From Chloroflexota bacterium (GTDB taxonomy: Bacteria; Chloroflexota; Limnocylindria; Limnocylindrales; CSP1-4), in contig CANJLL010000002.1 in assembly GCA_947475545.1 (NCBI GenBank), positions 144,950 through 208,949 on the forward strand: a stretch of 64,000 bases of DNA, given 5' to 3'. The first letter of the stretch is position 1; each line of letters opens with the position of its first letter. Below the pieces are notes generated by a model that worked only from the letters and a program-made list of their open reading frames with translations, had not been told where the DNA came from and did no database searches. This document shows, one piece after another, positions 17,126 to 25,832 of the stretch. The position numbers and the translations under genes are program-made.

Positions 17126-19036
17126 CTAGTCGAGCTCCCGGAAGCCCGACGCGACGAGGAACTCGTAGGTTTCGTCCCACAGTGGCGCCGGCGGGACGAA
17201 CACGACGTTTGCGTCTCGAGCCCTGGTGAGCAGCACGCGGTAGGCATTGACTCTCAGCTGGCGAGCATCACGGATCCGCTGCGGTTGCTGGTACCGCTTC
17301 GCTCGGCTCGTGTCCCAGCGGCCGCCCTTACGGATGAAGTCGGCGCCCCATGCGACGAGAGCGGCGTCGAGCTCTAGGCCCTGAGCTCCGAATTCGGTAA
17401 CGCAAGTTCGAAGTGCGCGGCATGACCGACCGAGGTAGTCGGCATCGCCCTCGACGTACCACGGGCCATATTCAAAGCGCTGAAACCGACCCTGGCTCTG
17501 GTTAGGAATGCCGAAGCGGAACAACTCCTTGTCGCGCGCACTCGCCACAATCCCAAACCTGGCGTCAGGATCACCATCGTATCGACCTCGCAGATACGCC
17601 TTCGCTTGATCGAGATCTCGCGTCACCCGGAGGTGGTGCCCCTGGCCTTCGAGGCGGCGTGCGAGGTCCCCAAGATCCTCGGCGGCCTCGTCGCCGACAA
17701 GGGTCCCGACGAAGCGATCGATCTCAGTGGCCAGATGAAAGCGGATCGCCACGTCGAGGTGCAAGGCGGACGACCTGTGAAATGAGCCATACCCGTCAAA
17801 TGTCACCGCGACCTGAGAAGGTCCGTGGACGGTCCAACCTCCCCCCGATCCATCGACCGCAGCGCGCCATTGGCGGAGTCCGCCCTCCTCACCAATGTGG
17901 ATCTCCTGGCCCTGGCCGATGAGACCGATGACGACGCACCAACCCGGAACCCGCTCGGCGAACTCAAGGAAGTGTTCGGGTTCCGATCGGCCATCTCCGC
18001 GCCCACCATGCTTCTCCGCGACCTGGGCGGCGTCCCACGCCCGTTGTGCCTCGTCGTAGATCAGGACGTGCTCGCCCGGGATCAGGGATGGATTCCGTGT
18101 ATAGCGCTCCACGTAGTCCTTGACGCCGCGGACGAAGGCCTTACCCCCGCCCCCAGAGCCGCGAAACTCGTATTGGAGAACTTCCACGAGGGGGCCGTTG
18201 CCCGACAGGTATACGCCGGGTGGCAGCTTCCGGCCATCCTGCCGTGCGACGGCGAGGTCGTCGAGGTACCGGGCATGGGCCACCTGGAGGCCGACGAGCG
18301 TCTTCCCGGCTCCAGGAACTCCGGTGAGGAGGATCAGGCGACGGGTCCCCGTCGCCGCGGCCTCGTGGATGATTCGATTGACTTCGTCCAGAGCCGGCTT
18401 GGTGTTCATCGCCGCGCGGTGAACACGCCGCAACGTCCCGCTGTCAAACAGCTCACGCGCCGCTTCGACGATGGTTGGCAGAGGAGAGTAGGCCTCGGCC
18501 GCAAGGAACCGCTCGGGATCGATCGGAGGAAGCTGGCCTCGATCGATCTCATCGACCAGCCCATCGATGGCGTCGAGGCCCACGACTTGAACGCCGGCGA
18601 TCTCCCCCATGCGCCCAGATGCGCGAGTCAGGACCAGCACGGGGTGCACGGCCCGGTTGTGGCACTCCGCGTGATAGGCCAGCAGGTCCCGCGCATAACC
18701 GGCGGCTTGATCGACGTCGGCGAGAATTGCTGCTCCCTTGCCCTTGACCTCCAGAACGAGCACGGCACCCGACGCAAGAAAGATCACGTCCGGCCGTCGT
18801 CGCTCCATCGGCAGCTCGTACTCAAGAATGGCGGAGTAGTCGGCGGACGGCGCATATCTGGCCATCACCTCGCTTACTTCGCGCTGCAGTGGAGAAATGG
18901 AGTCATCCCAGGCCCGAATCTGCTCGGGCGAGGCGTCACGGATGAATTGCTCAAGCGAGCCGCGAATCACAACTGGCGACGTTGCCCGAAACTCTTGCCA
19001 TGGGGACGCCCAGCCATAGCGAGCTACCTCGGTCAT
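17126..19036 (-). CDS. NERD-domain + DUF2075 (P-loop SF1-like helicase) protein
   Basis: N-terminal NERD (PDVIFLASGAVLVLEVKGK), Walker A LLTGVPGAGKT, DEAQ box LIYDEAQRAW, C-terminal LLTRARDANVVFV. ATG at 19036 with GGAGGAG SD. Confidence 0.8.
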   Translation of the reverse strand: MTEVARYGWASPWQEFRATSPVVIRGSLEQFIRDASPEQIRAWDDSISPLQREVSEVMARYAPSADYSAILEYELPMERRRPDVIFLASGAVLVLEVKGKGAAILADVDQAAGYARDLLAYHAECHNRAVHPVLVLTRASGRMGEIAGVQVVGLDAIDGLVDEIDRGQLPPIDPERFLAAEAYSPLPTIVEAARELFDSGTLRRVHRAAMNTKPALDEVNRIIHEAAATGTRRLILLTGVPGAGKTLVGLQVAHARYLDDLAVARQDGRKLPPGVYLSGNGPLVEVLQYEFRGSGGGGKAFVRGVKDYVERYTRNPSLIPGEHVLIYDEAQRAWDAAQVAEKHGGRGDGRSEPEHFLEFAERVPGWCVVIGLIGQGQEIHIGEEGGLRQWRAAVDGSGGGWTVHGPSQVAVTFDGYGSFHRSSALHLDVAIRFHLATEIDRFVGTLVGDEAAEDLGDLARRLEGQGHHLRVTRDLDQAKAYLRGRYDGDPDARFGIVASARDKELFRFGIPNQSQGRFQRFEYGPWYVEGDADYLGRSCRALRTCVTEFGAQGLELDAALVAWGADFIRKGGRWDTSRAKRYQQPQRIRDARQLRVNAYRVLLTRARDANVVFVPPAPLWDETYEFLVASGFRELD

Positions 19037-19091
19037 GGCTCCTCCTCTTCGTCCCGACTCGTCTGAGTTTCGACCGCACCGAAGGTAACCC

Positions 19092-21317
19092 GTGGCGCAA
19101 GCCCGGAGTGTCCCAACCCGTCAGTCATCTGACCAGGCGCCGGCTGGCACGTCGGCGCCGTCCGGCCTGTTCTCGGACGGCCACCCCGTACTGATCCCGC
19201 TGGCCGTGTCAGGCGAGGTGGCACCTGCTGGCCGCAGACTACCGCGCATGGAAGCCGTGGAGCCCGAGACAGACAAGCGCCTCCAGGCCCTGCTGGAGCA
19301 GATGTTCGGCCCACAGGCTGAGTTTCGGCCGGGCCAGCTGGAGGCCATCCAGGCCGTCCTTGATGGGTCGCGCACCCTCGTCGTCCAGCGGACCGGATGG
19401 GGGAAGAGCCTGGTCTACTGGCTGGCCACGCGGATGCTGCGCGACCAGGGCCGGGGGCCCACCCTGGTGATCAGCCCGCTGCTGTCGCTGATGCGCAACC
19501 AGATCGACGGGGCCACGGCCCTTGGCCTCCGCGCGGTGACCATCAACTCCGCCAATCGGGCCGAATGGGATGACGCCCGGGCGGCGCTGGAGGCGGGCGG
19601 TGTCGACGCCCTCCTGATCTCGCCGGAACGGCTGGGGAATGAGCGGTTCACCACGGAGATCCTGCCGTCGATTCCGGGCGGGATCGGCCTTGTCGTGATC
19701 GACGAGGCGCACTGCATCTCCGACTGGGGCCACGACTTCCGGCCCGACTATCGGCGGATCCAGCGCATCATCAACAACCTGCCGCCCAACGTGCCGCTCC
19801 TCGCCACCACGGCGACGGCCAACGACCGTGTGGTCGCGGACGTCATCGAGCAGCTGGGTGGTGATGTGGTGACCCTGCGGGGTCCGCTCGCCCGCGCCTC
19901 GCTGCGTCTCCAGGCGATCTACCTGCGCGACGGCGCCGAACGGCTGGCGTGGCTGGCGGAACACCTCCCGGGCCTGCCGGGCAGCGGCATCGTGTACTGC
20001 CTCACCATCGCGGACACGGAGCGGGTCGCCGAGTGGCTCCGACTGAACGGGGTGGACGCGGCGGCCTACCACGCCAGGGTGGAGCCGGATCGGCGGGTGG
20101 AGCTGGAAGGCCGCCTCCTCCGGAACGACCTCAAGGTCCTCGTCGCCAGCACCGCCCTGGGCATGGGCTTTGACAAGCCGGACCTGGGCTTCGTCATCCA
20201 CTACCAGCGACCCGGTTCCGTCATCGCGTACTACCAGCAGGTGGGCCGCGCCGGGCGCGCCATCGACACCGCGTACGGGGTGCTGCTGAGCGGCCGCGAG
20301 GACGACGAGATCAACGACTACTTCATCCAGAGCGCGTTCCCGCCCGAGGCGGACATGCGCGCGGTCCTGGCGGCCCTGGAGCGCGTCGAGACAGCCACGG
20401 TGCCGGCGCTGGAGTCGCGGCTCAACATCCGGCGCAGCCGGATCCAGCACATCCTCAAGCTCCTGGAGCTGGACGGCGCGGTTGGCCGCGAGGGATCCAG
20501 CGTCTTCCGAACGCCCAACCCCTGGCTGCCCGACACCGAGCGGATGGAACGCGTCACCGCCCGCCGACGCGAGGAGCTGGCGCACCTTCGCGCGTACATG
20601 ACCCACGACGGCTGCCTGATGGCCTATCTGACGTCGGCACTCGACGATCCCAGCCAGGCGCCGTGTGGGCGCTGCGCCCCGGAGACCGGACAGCTGCTCC
20701 CGGTCACGCCCAATCCGGCCATGATCCAGCGGGCCATCGGCTTCCTGCGCGGCGCATGGCGCGGCATCGAGCCGCGGCTCCAGTGGCCGCCCGGGGCGCT
20801 GGCCGGGCACAGCGGCCGGATCACGCCGCCGAACGAGCCGGGCCTGGCGCTCTCGTTGTACGGCGACGCGGGCTGGGGCAGGCTGGTCGCCGACGGCAAG
20901 TACCGCGACGAGCGGTTCGACCAGGCGCTGGTGGAGGCGTCGGCCCAGATGATCCGGGCGCGCGGCCTGGTGCCGGCGCCGGCCTGGGTCACGGCGATCG
21001 CGTCCTTGCGGCGGCCAGGCCTGGTCCCCGATTTCGCCCGGCGGCTGGCCGAAGCGCTTGGGCTTCCGTTTCACGACGTGCTGGCGGCCGCCAATACCCG
21101 GCCCCAGAGGGAGATGGAGAACAGCGGGGCGCAGCTCAGGAACGTGGCCGGCATGACCGTGGCCGGCGCCTGTCCGACGGGCCCCGTCCTGCTGGTCGAT
21201 GACGTCGTGGACTCGCGCTGGACGCTGACGTACGGCGGTTGGCTGCTGCGCCAGCACGGTGCGGGTCCGGTCCACCCGTTTGCGCTCGCGATGGCCACGC
21301 CGCAGGATGACGGCTGA
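19092..21317 (+). CDS. RecQ-family helicase fused to C-terminal ComF/type-I PRTase-like domain
   Basis: RecQ motifs TGWGKSLVY, VIDEAHCISDWGHDFRPDY, ATATA and a Zn-finger C..C..C..C. The C-terminal ~150 aa carry a PRTase loop VLLVDDVVDSRWTLT. GTG at 19092 (GAAGG SD) or ATG at 19248. Confidence 0.8.
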   Translation: MAQARSVPTRQSSDQAPAGTSAPSGLFSDGHPVLIPLAVSGEVAPAGRRLPRMEAVEPETDKRLQALLEQMFGPQAEFRPGQLEAIQAVLDGSRTLVVQRTGWGKSLVYWLATRMLRDQGRGPTLVISPLLSLMRNQIDGATALGLRAVTINSANRAEWDDARAALEAGGVDALLISPERLGNERFTTEILPSIPGGIGLVVIDEAHCISDWGHDFRPDYRRIQRIINNLPPNVPLLATTATANDRVVADVIEQLGGDVVTLRGPLARASLRLQAIYLRDGAERLAWLAEHLPGLPGSGIVYCLTIADTERVAEWLRLNGVDAAAYHARVEPDRRVELEGRLLRNDLKVLVASTALGMGFDKPDLGFVIHYQRPGSVIAYYQQVGRAGRAIDTAYGVLLSGREDDEINDYFIQSAFPPEADMRAVLAALERVETATVPALESRLNIRRSRIQHILKLLELDGAVGREGSSVFRTPNPWLPDTERMERVTARRREELAHLRAYMTHDGCLMAYLTSALDDPSQAPCGRCAPETGQLLPVTPNPAMIQRAIGFLRGAWRGIEPRLQWPPGALAGHSGRITPPNEPGLALSLYGDAGWGRLVADGKYRDERFDQALVEASAQMIRARGLVPAPAWVTAIASLRRPGLVPDFARRLAEALGLPFHDVLAAANTRPQREMENSGAQLRNVAGMTVAGACPTGPVLLVDDVVDSRWTLTYGGWLLRQHGAGPVHPFALAMATPQDDG

Positions 21318-22387
21318 TGACCATCCACCATCAGCTGGGCGCCAACGGACTGGCCATCCTCGCCCTCACGGCTCGAGGCGGCGCCGGGCGGCGGGCCGGG
21401 ATCGGCGCGGGGTCCCGGGTCGGGCAGGCGGATCTCCCTGCGCCGCTTCGATCGCGGGAGTGGGCGCACCTCGCGCGAAGCCTCGCCCTTGCGGGCGCGC
21501 AGCCGGCCGACCTGCTCGGCTGGAGCTCGGCGGAGATCGCCGCGGCCCTTGGTACAACCCCGGCCGCCAGCGACGAGCTGGCACGCCTGGCCAGCCGGGC
21601 ATCAACGCTGGCCCTGGACGTGGAGCGACTGGGCAGCCGCGGGATCTGGCTCCTGAGCGTGGACGACTCCGCCTACCCGGGGCGGCTGCTCGCGCGCCTC
21701 GGCGACCTGGCGCCGCCAATCCTGTATGGATCGGGCGCACTCGAGGTCCTGGGCCGCGGGGGCATCGCGATCGTCGGCTCGAGGGATGCGGACACCGACG
21801 CGCTGGCGTTCGCGTCGGCCGCCGCCGCCGCAGCCGCCGGGGCAGGCCGCTCCGTCGTGTCCGGCGGGGCGCAAGGCATCGATGTCGCCGCGATGTCTGC
21901 CGCCGCGGCGGCGGGCGGTTTGGTGGTGGGCGTGCTCGCCGAGAGCCTGGAACGGCGGATCCGGGCGGTGGAGACGCGGGCGCTCATCGCGGAGGAGCGA
22001 CTGGCCCTGGTCTCACCGTACGGTGCCGACGTGTCGTTCTCCATTGGGAATGCCATGGGCCGCAACCGGCTGATCTACTGCCTCGCGGATGCGGCGATCG
22101 TGGCGGCAGCGGCCGAAGGCGAAGGGGGAACCTGGGCCGGCGCCACGGAGGCGCTCGACGCGCGATGGGTGCCCGTCTACGTCCGCGTCTCCGCCTCGGC
22201 GCCGTCGGGGAACCGGGCCCTTGCGGATCGTGGCGCCATCCCATTCGCGTCGGACGCGGCGGCGACTGGCGGCCTGCCGTTCGCGGGCGACGACCCGGCG
22301 GGCGCGGCGCTCCCGGCGTCGTCCGTCTCCCCGGCACCGCCCAAGCGGGCGGCCGAGCAGCAGACGCTCTTTGGTGGCGACCGGTAG
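21317..22387 (+). CDS. DprA/Smf-like (SLOG Rossmann) protein
   Basis: GIAIVGSRDADTDALAFA...VVSGGAQGIDVAA...NRLIYCLADAAIV. The ATG overlaps the RecQ-PRTase stop (TGATG). Confidence 0.8.
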   Translation: MTIHHQLGANGLAILALTARGGAGRRAGIGAGSRVGQADLPAPLRSREWAHLARSLALAGAQPADLLGWSSAEIAAALGTTPAASDELARLASRASTLALDVERLGSRGIWLLSVDDSAYPGRLLARLGDLAPPILYGSGALEVLGRGGIAIVGSRDADTDALAFASAAAAAAAGAGRSVVSGGAQGIDVAAMSAAAAAGGLVVGVLAESLERRIRAVETRALIAEERLALVSPYGADVSFSIGNAMGRNRLIYCLADAAIVAAAAEGEGGTWAGATEALDARWVPVYVRVSASAPSGNRALADRGAIPFASDAAATGGLPFAGDDPAGAALPASSVSPAPPKRAAEQQTLFGGDR

Positions 22388-22496
22388 ACCTGGTAACGGG
22401 GAGGCCTGCCGACGGCGTCGCCGAGCTGAGCCCGGCAGCCCGCGCCAGGCGGGCTTCATTGGTTGACTTCTACCCAGTCATGGGTAGACTTCTACC

Positions 22497-22745
22497 GTGA
22501 CCCTCAACATCAAGAATCCGGAGACCACGCGGCTCATCCGCGAGCTCGCGCAGGCCACCGGGGAGTCGCTGACACAGGCCCTGACCACGGCGGTCCGGGA
22601 GCGCCTGGGTCGCGTACGCGCGCAGGCCCAGCCGGACGACGTCTGGGCCATCGTGGACGAGATCCGGTCGCGGCTGCCCGCCGGCTACCTGGACCAGGAT
22701 TTCGACGGCCTGCTCTACGACGAGACGACGGGGCTCCCCAGGTGA
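22497..22745 (+). CDS. vapB: type II antitoxin, VapB-like (Rv0623-type MTLNIKNPE...)
   Basis: GTG at 22497. 82 aa. Its stop overlaps the toxin start (GTGA). Confidence 0.75.
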   Translation: MTLNIKNPETTRLIRELAQATGESLTQALTTAVRERLGRVRAQAQPDDVWAIVDEIRSRLPAGYLDQDFDGLLYDETTGLPR

Positions 22746-23182
22746 TCGTGGACACGTCGGCGCTGGTCGCGATCCTGCGTCGGGAGGCGGACGCGCCCGC
22801 CATCCTCCAAGCGCTGCGGTCCCTCAGCCCGCGACGGATGTCGGCCGGGACCTACCTTGAGCTGGGGCTCGTCATCGACGGGGCGCGGGATCCGACGGCA
22901 TCGACGCTGCTGGACGACCTGATCGAGGCGTTGGACATCACCATCGAGCCGGTCACGGCGGCCCAGGCCCGCATCGCTCGCGGCGCGCACCAGGAGTTCG
23001 GCCGCGGGAGCGGCCATCCCGCCGGCCTCAACTTTGGGGATTGCTTCGCCTACGCGCTGGCCAAGGATCTCGACGAGCCGCTGCTCTTCAAGGGCGACGA
23101 CTTCGCCCAGACGGATATCCCCTTCGTGGGCCGGCGCCAGGAGCGCGGGCGCCTTCGCGAGCTCCTCGCCGCGTACGGCTGA
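22742..23182 (+). CDS. vapC: PIN-domain toxin VapC
   Basis: VIVDTSALVAIL...LNFGDCFAYALA. Lies in the frame of ORF 22463..23182. Confidence 0.75.
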   Translation: MIVDTSALVAILRREADAPAILQALRSLSPRRMSAGTYLELGLVIDGARDPTASTLLDDLIEALDITIEPVTAAQARIARGAHQEFGRGSGHPAGLNFGDCFAYALAKDLDEPLLFKGDDFAQTDIPFVGRRQERGRLRELLAAYG

Positions 23183-23222
23183 CGGCGCGGCACCGACCGA
23201 TCGAGGGCCGTCCTGGCTTCTG

Positions 23223-23272
23223 AACTGCTAAGTTGGCACGAATTGGCACTCGATTAGCAGTTGCCCTCGGCC
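23223..23272. terminator. bidirectional hairpin between convergent genes (9-bp arms AACTGCTAA/TTAGCAGTT; the loop holds a TTGGCAC direct repeat)
   Basis: Direct reading between the vapC end (23182) and the convergent HD gene. There is no U-run, so it may instead be a protein-binding site. Confidence 0.4.
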
Positions 23273-23409
23273 GCGGTCAGGCGCCCGCTGCTGGTCTGCC
23301 ATCACGCCCCCGCCAGCCGCTCCATCTCCCCCACCACCCGATCCAGCTCGGCGATCAGGTCCGTGGGCGCGGCCGGGTTCGCCTGGAACGCCGTCACCAG
23401 CGAGCGGTA

Positions 23410-23907
23410 CTACCAGATTGGGTCCGAATCCGGGTTGAAGCGCCCGAACATCGACGGCCCGTGCCGGCGGAGGTCCGCGACGATGCTGCGGGCGTTGTGG
23501 AGCTTGTCCGAGGCCGAGACCAGCAGCACCGCGGCGTCCGCGTGGGCCAGGTGGGCGATGTAGGCCTCCTTGCGCGGCGGCCAAGGCGGCTTCGACTCCT
23601 CGTGGGCATCCGTGCAGGCCAGGACCAGCCGGAGGACTTCGGAGCCGAAGGCCGCCACCGTCTCCCGCGCGCCGGGCGCGTAGTGGACGTCCTCGATGGC
23701 GTCGTGCAGGACGGCCGCGATGGCCTGGTCCTCGTTGGCCCCGTAGTCCAGGGCGATGCTGCACGTCCCCAGCAGGTGCGACGCGTAGGGAATGGTGGTC
23801 CCCTTGCGCAGCTGGGCGGCGTGCATCTCCAGGGCCACGCTCACGGCGCGCACGAACCGCGGGGTGTACGCCCACGGCTCCGCCGGGATCGGATGCCCGG
23901 CTGTCAT
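23410..23907 (-). CDS. HD-domain phosphohydrolase, ending at an in-frame TAG. The same frame continues for 32 more codons to 23313.
   Basis: HD motifs HLLGTCSIALDYG...LHDAIED...DKLHN. After the TAG the frame reads YRSLVTAFQANPAAPTDLIAELDRVVGEMERLAGA, then TGA at 23313. Confidence 0.7.
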   Translation of the reverse strand: MTAGHPIPAEPWAYTPRFVRAVSVALEMHAAQLRKGTTIPYASHLLGTCSIALDYGANEDQAIAAVLHDAIEDVHYAPGARETVAAFGSEVLRLVLACTDAHEESKPPWPPRKEAYIAHLAHADAAVLLVSASDKLHNARSIVADLRRHGPSMFGRFNPDSDPIW

Positions 23908-23917
23908 CGGCTCACCA

Positions 23918-23952
23918 TTGACGCATCTGGTGTCGGAATTCATACTCTCTTT
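23918..23952 (+). promoter_or_regulatory. sigma70-like promoter (TTGACG-17-CATACT) for the AbrB-type antitoxin operon, with an ATGCAT-centred imperfect palindrome downstream
   Basis: Direct reading ttgacgcatctggtgtcggaattcatact. AT-rich for this genome. Confidence 0.45.
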
Positions 23953-23980
23953 AACTCAGTATGCATATTGGAGATTGGGT

Positions 23981-24262
23981 ATGGGCAGCCGCGTTGGCGA
24001 GCGGGGCCAGGTGACCATCGAGAAGGCCATCCGGGAGCAGCTGGGCGTGTACGCCGGCGACCAGGCCGTCCAGCGGGTGGAGGACGGCCGCGTCGTGATC
24101 GAGTTCATCCCGGCACCACACGACCGAAGCCTGCTGGGTGTCCTGAAGGACAAGGTCCGGCGCTGGCCGGAGGACGAAAGCGACTTCGCGGCGATCCGCG
24201 AGTCGGCCTGGGAGACGCCCGATCCGGATCGGCTGCCACCCGTTGACGATCGGTCCGCATGA
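23981..24262 (+). CDS. AbrB/MazE/SpoVT-family antitoxin
   Basis: GQVTIEKAIREQLGVYAGDQAV...GRVVIEF. GGAGA SD. The stop overlaps the toxin ATG (ATGA). Confidence 0.75.
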   Translation: MGSRVGERGQVTIEKAIREQLGVYAGDQAVQRVEDGRVVIEFIPAPHDRSLLGVLKDKVRRWPEDESDFAAIRESAWETPDPDRLPPVDDRSA

Positions 24263-24654
24263 TCGCGCTCGATACCTCGGTCATCGTCCGGTACCTGGTC
24301 CAGTCGCCGCCCGAGCCCGCCCGGCGCGCCGGCGAGCTGCTGGATGGTGGCGGGGAGATCGGGATCCCGGTGGTGGTGCTGCTGGAGACCGCGCACGTGC
24401 TCCGCACGATCTACGCGGTCCCGCGACCGGACGTCGCCACCGTGCTCATCGAGCTGCTGACGCGACGGAACGTGCGGCTCCTCGGCCTGGGCGTCGACGA
24501 TGCGATCGACGCCCTGGTGCGAGCCCGGGCCCTGCCGGGGACGCCGATCGCCGACGCGCTCATCGTGGCCATGGCCAAGGCCGCCGGAGCGCGGCCGCTG
24601 TACACGTTCGACCTGGGGCTCGCGCGCCACGGGATCGAGATCGCCGTTCCGTGA
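24259..24654 (+). CDS. vapC: PIN-domain toxin VapC
   Basis: MIALDTSVIVRYL...LLETAHVL...ADALIVAMA. Confidence 0.8.
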   Translation: MIALDTSVIVRYLVQSPPEPARRAGELLDGGGEIGIPVVVLLETAHVLRTIYAVPRPDVATVLIELLTRRNVRLLGLGVDDAIDALVRARALPGTPIADALIVAMAKAAGARPLYTFDLGLARHGIEIAVP

Positions 24655-24694
24655 CGTTCCGCTGGTCTTGACCGCGCCCGTGGGACGTCCTACC

Positions 24695-25024
24695 ATGCGT
24701 CCTACCATGTCAGAGACTTCTTCCTACCTCGCCACCGGCGTCGCGGAGGCGGTGACCCCGTACGGCGCGGATGGCTCGGGCGCCCCGCACACCAAGTTGT
24801 CCATCAGCCTGCCATCGGACCTGGTGGCCGTGATCCGCCAGGTCTCGGAGCAGACCGGGCTGACGATGAGCGCCACCATCGGTGCCTGCGTTCGCCGGAC
24901 GCTGGCCCTGGTGGAGCAGGAGCGCCTGGACCGCGCATTGGAGCTGGACGCGGAGGAGAACCTGGCGTGGGCGGGTGCGCATCTGCCCGCCGCGGCGCGG
25001 CTCTGGGAGTCAATCGAGTGGTAG
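24695..25024 (+). CDS. ribbon-helix-helix (CopG-like) antitoxin
   Basis: KLSISLPSDLVAVIRQVSEQTGLTMSATIGACVRRTL. The 12-bp duplication cgtcctaccatg creates two candidate ATGs (24695 and 24707). Confidence 0.6.
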   Translation: MRPTMSETSSYLATGVAEAVTPYGADGSGAPHTKLSISLPSDLVAVIRQVSEQTGLTMSATIGACVRRTLALVEQERLDRALELDAEENLAWAGAHLPAAARLWESIEW

Positions 25025-25392
25025 GGATCGGTCGCGTGCTGCCCCCAGTCGGGCCCCGGCGCGGCGACGTTCACTTCGTGGCCTTCCCGGACCTGGATGG
25101 TCGTGTCATCAGGGGGCCGCATCCCGCAGTAGTGGTCCAGTCGGACCGCCTGGCCCGGTCGGCCACCGTGATCGTGGCACCGCTGACTAGCGCCCCCCGC
25201 TCCGCCCCTGAACGTCCCCCGTACCTGGTGCCGCTGGCGGCCCGCGAGGCGGACCTGCCCCGGGATGGCTTCATCAAGTGCGACCAGCTGACCACGCTCC
25301 CGGTCTCCCTCCTGGGTCCCCGGGTTGGTCGGCTCAACCCCGAGGCCATGGGCCGGCTGGACGCCGCCCTGCGGTTCGTCCTGGCGCTCTGA
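25018..25392 (+). CDS. mazF: MazF/PemK-family toxin
   Basis: RRGDVHFVAFP...HPAVVVQSD...TVIVAPLTS...GFIKCDQLTTL. The GTG overlaps the antitoxin stop. Confidence 0.7.
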   Translation: MVGIGRVLPPVGPRRGDVHFVAFPDLDGRVIRGPHPAVVVQSDRLARSATVIVAPLTSAPRSAPERPPYLVPLAAREADLPRDGFIKCDQLTTLPVSLLGPRVGRLNPEAMGRLDAALRFVLAL

Positions 25393-25415
25393 TCGGGCCG
25401 CCCGGCGGCTGAGGG

Positions 25416-25832
25416 CTATGCGGCGCCTCCGGGCCGCGCGTTCGGCACCGTCGCGAATCCCGCCGTCCGGAAGTCCGCGTCCAGCGCGATCGCCCGATCG
25501 ATGCCCTCCCGCCGCATGCAGGCGAAGCTGGTCCGGTCGACCAGGGAGACGGAGGATTCGACCGTGTCTCGAAAGGCGGTCAAGGCCGCGGCATGGAGCT
25601 CCGCGTCCACCGGCATGACCTCCAGGGCAGGAAGCACGTGGTCGATGATGCCGGCGGCCGTCGCCGCGCCAAAGCGCCGGCGGGCCACCGCGAGGGTCTC
25701 AACCACGACGTAGGCGTGTGTCACGAGGCGCTCCGTGTGGCCGGCGGCGAAGGCCGCCACGACGCCCTCGTGCGCCGGGTCGTCGCGGTCCACCAGCGCC
25801 AGAATGCCGCTGGTGTCGACGAACAGGGTCAC
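25416..25832 (-). CDS. vapC: PIN-domain toxin VapC
   Basis: MTLFVDTSGILALVDRDDPAH...VVVETLAV...DRTSFACM. Confidence 0.8.
   Translation of the reverse strand: MTLFVDTSGILALVDRDDPAHEGVVAAFAAGHTERLVTHAYVVVETLAVARRRFGAATAAGIIDHVLPALEVMPVDAELHAAALTAFRDTVESSVSLVDRTSFACMRREGIDRAIALDADFRTAGFATVPNARPGGAA

Noticed and set aside
21317-22387. The DprA-like gene as simply the housekeeping competence/recombination mediator dprA
   Set aside because: This reading is not fully excluded. It is disfavoured because the gene is translationally coupled (1-nt overlap) to a RecQ-PRTase fusion and embedded between defense-like genes and TA pairs. Whether another dprA exists in the genome needs checking.
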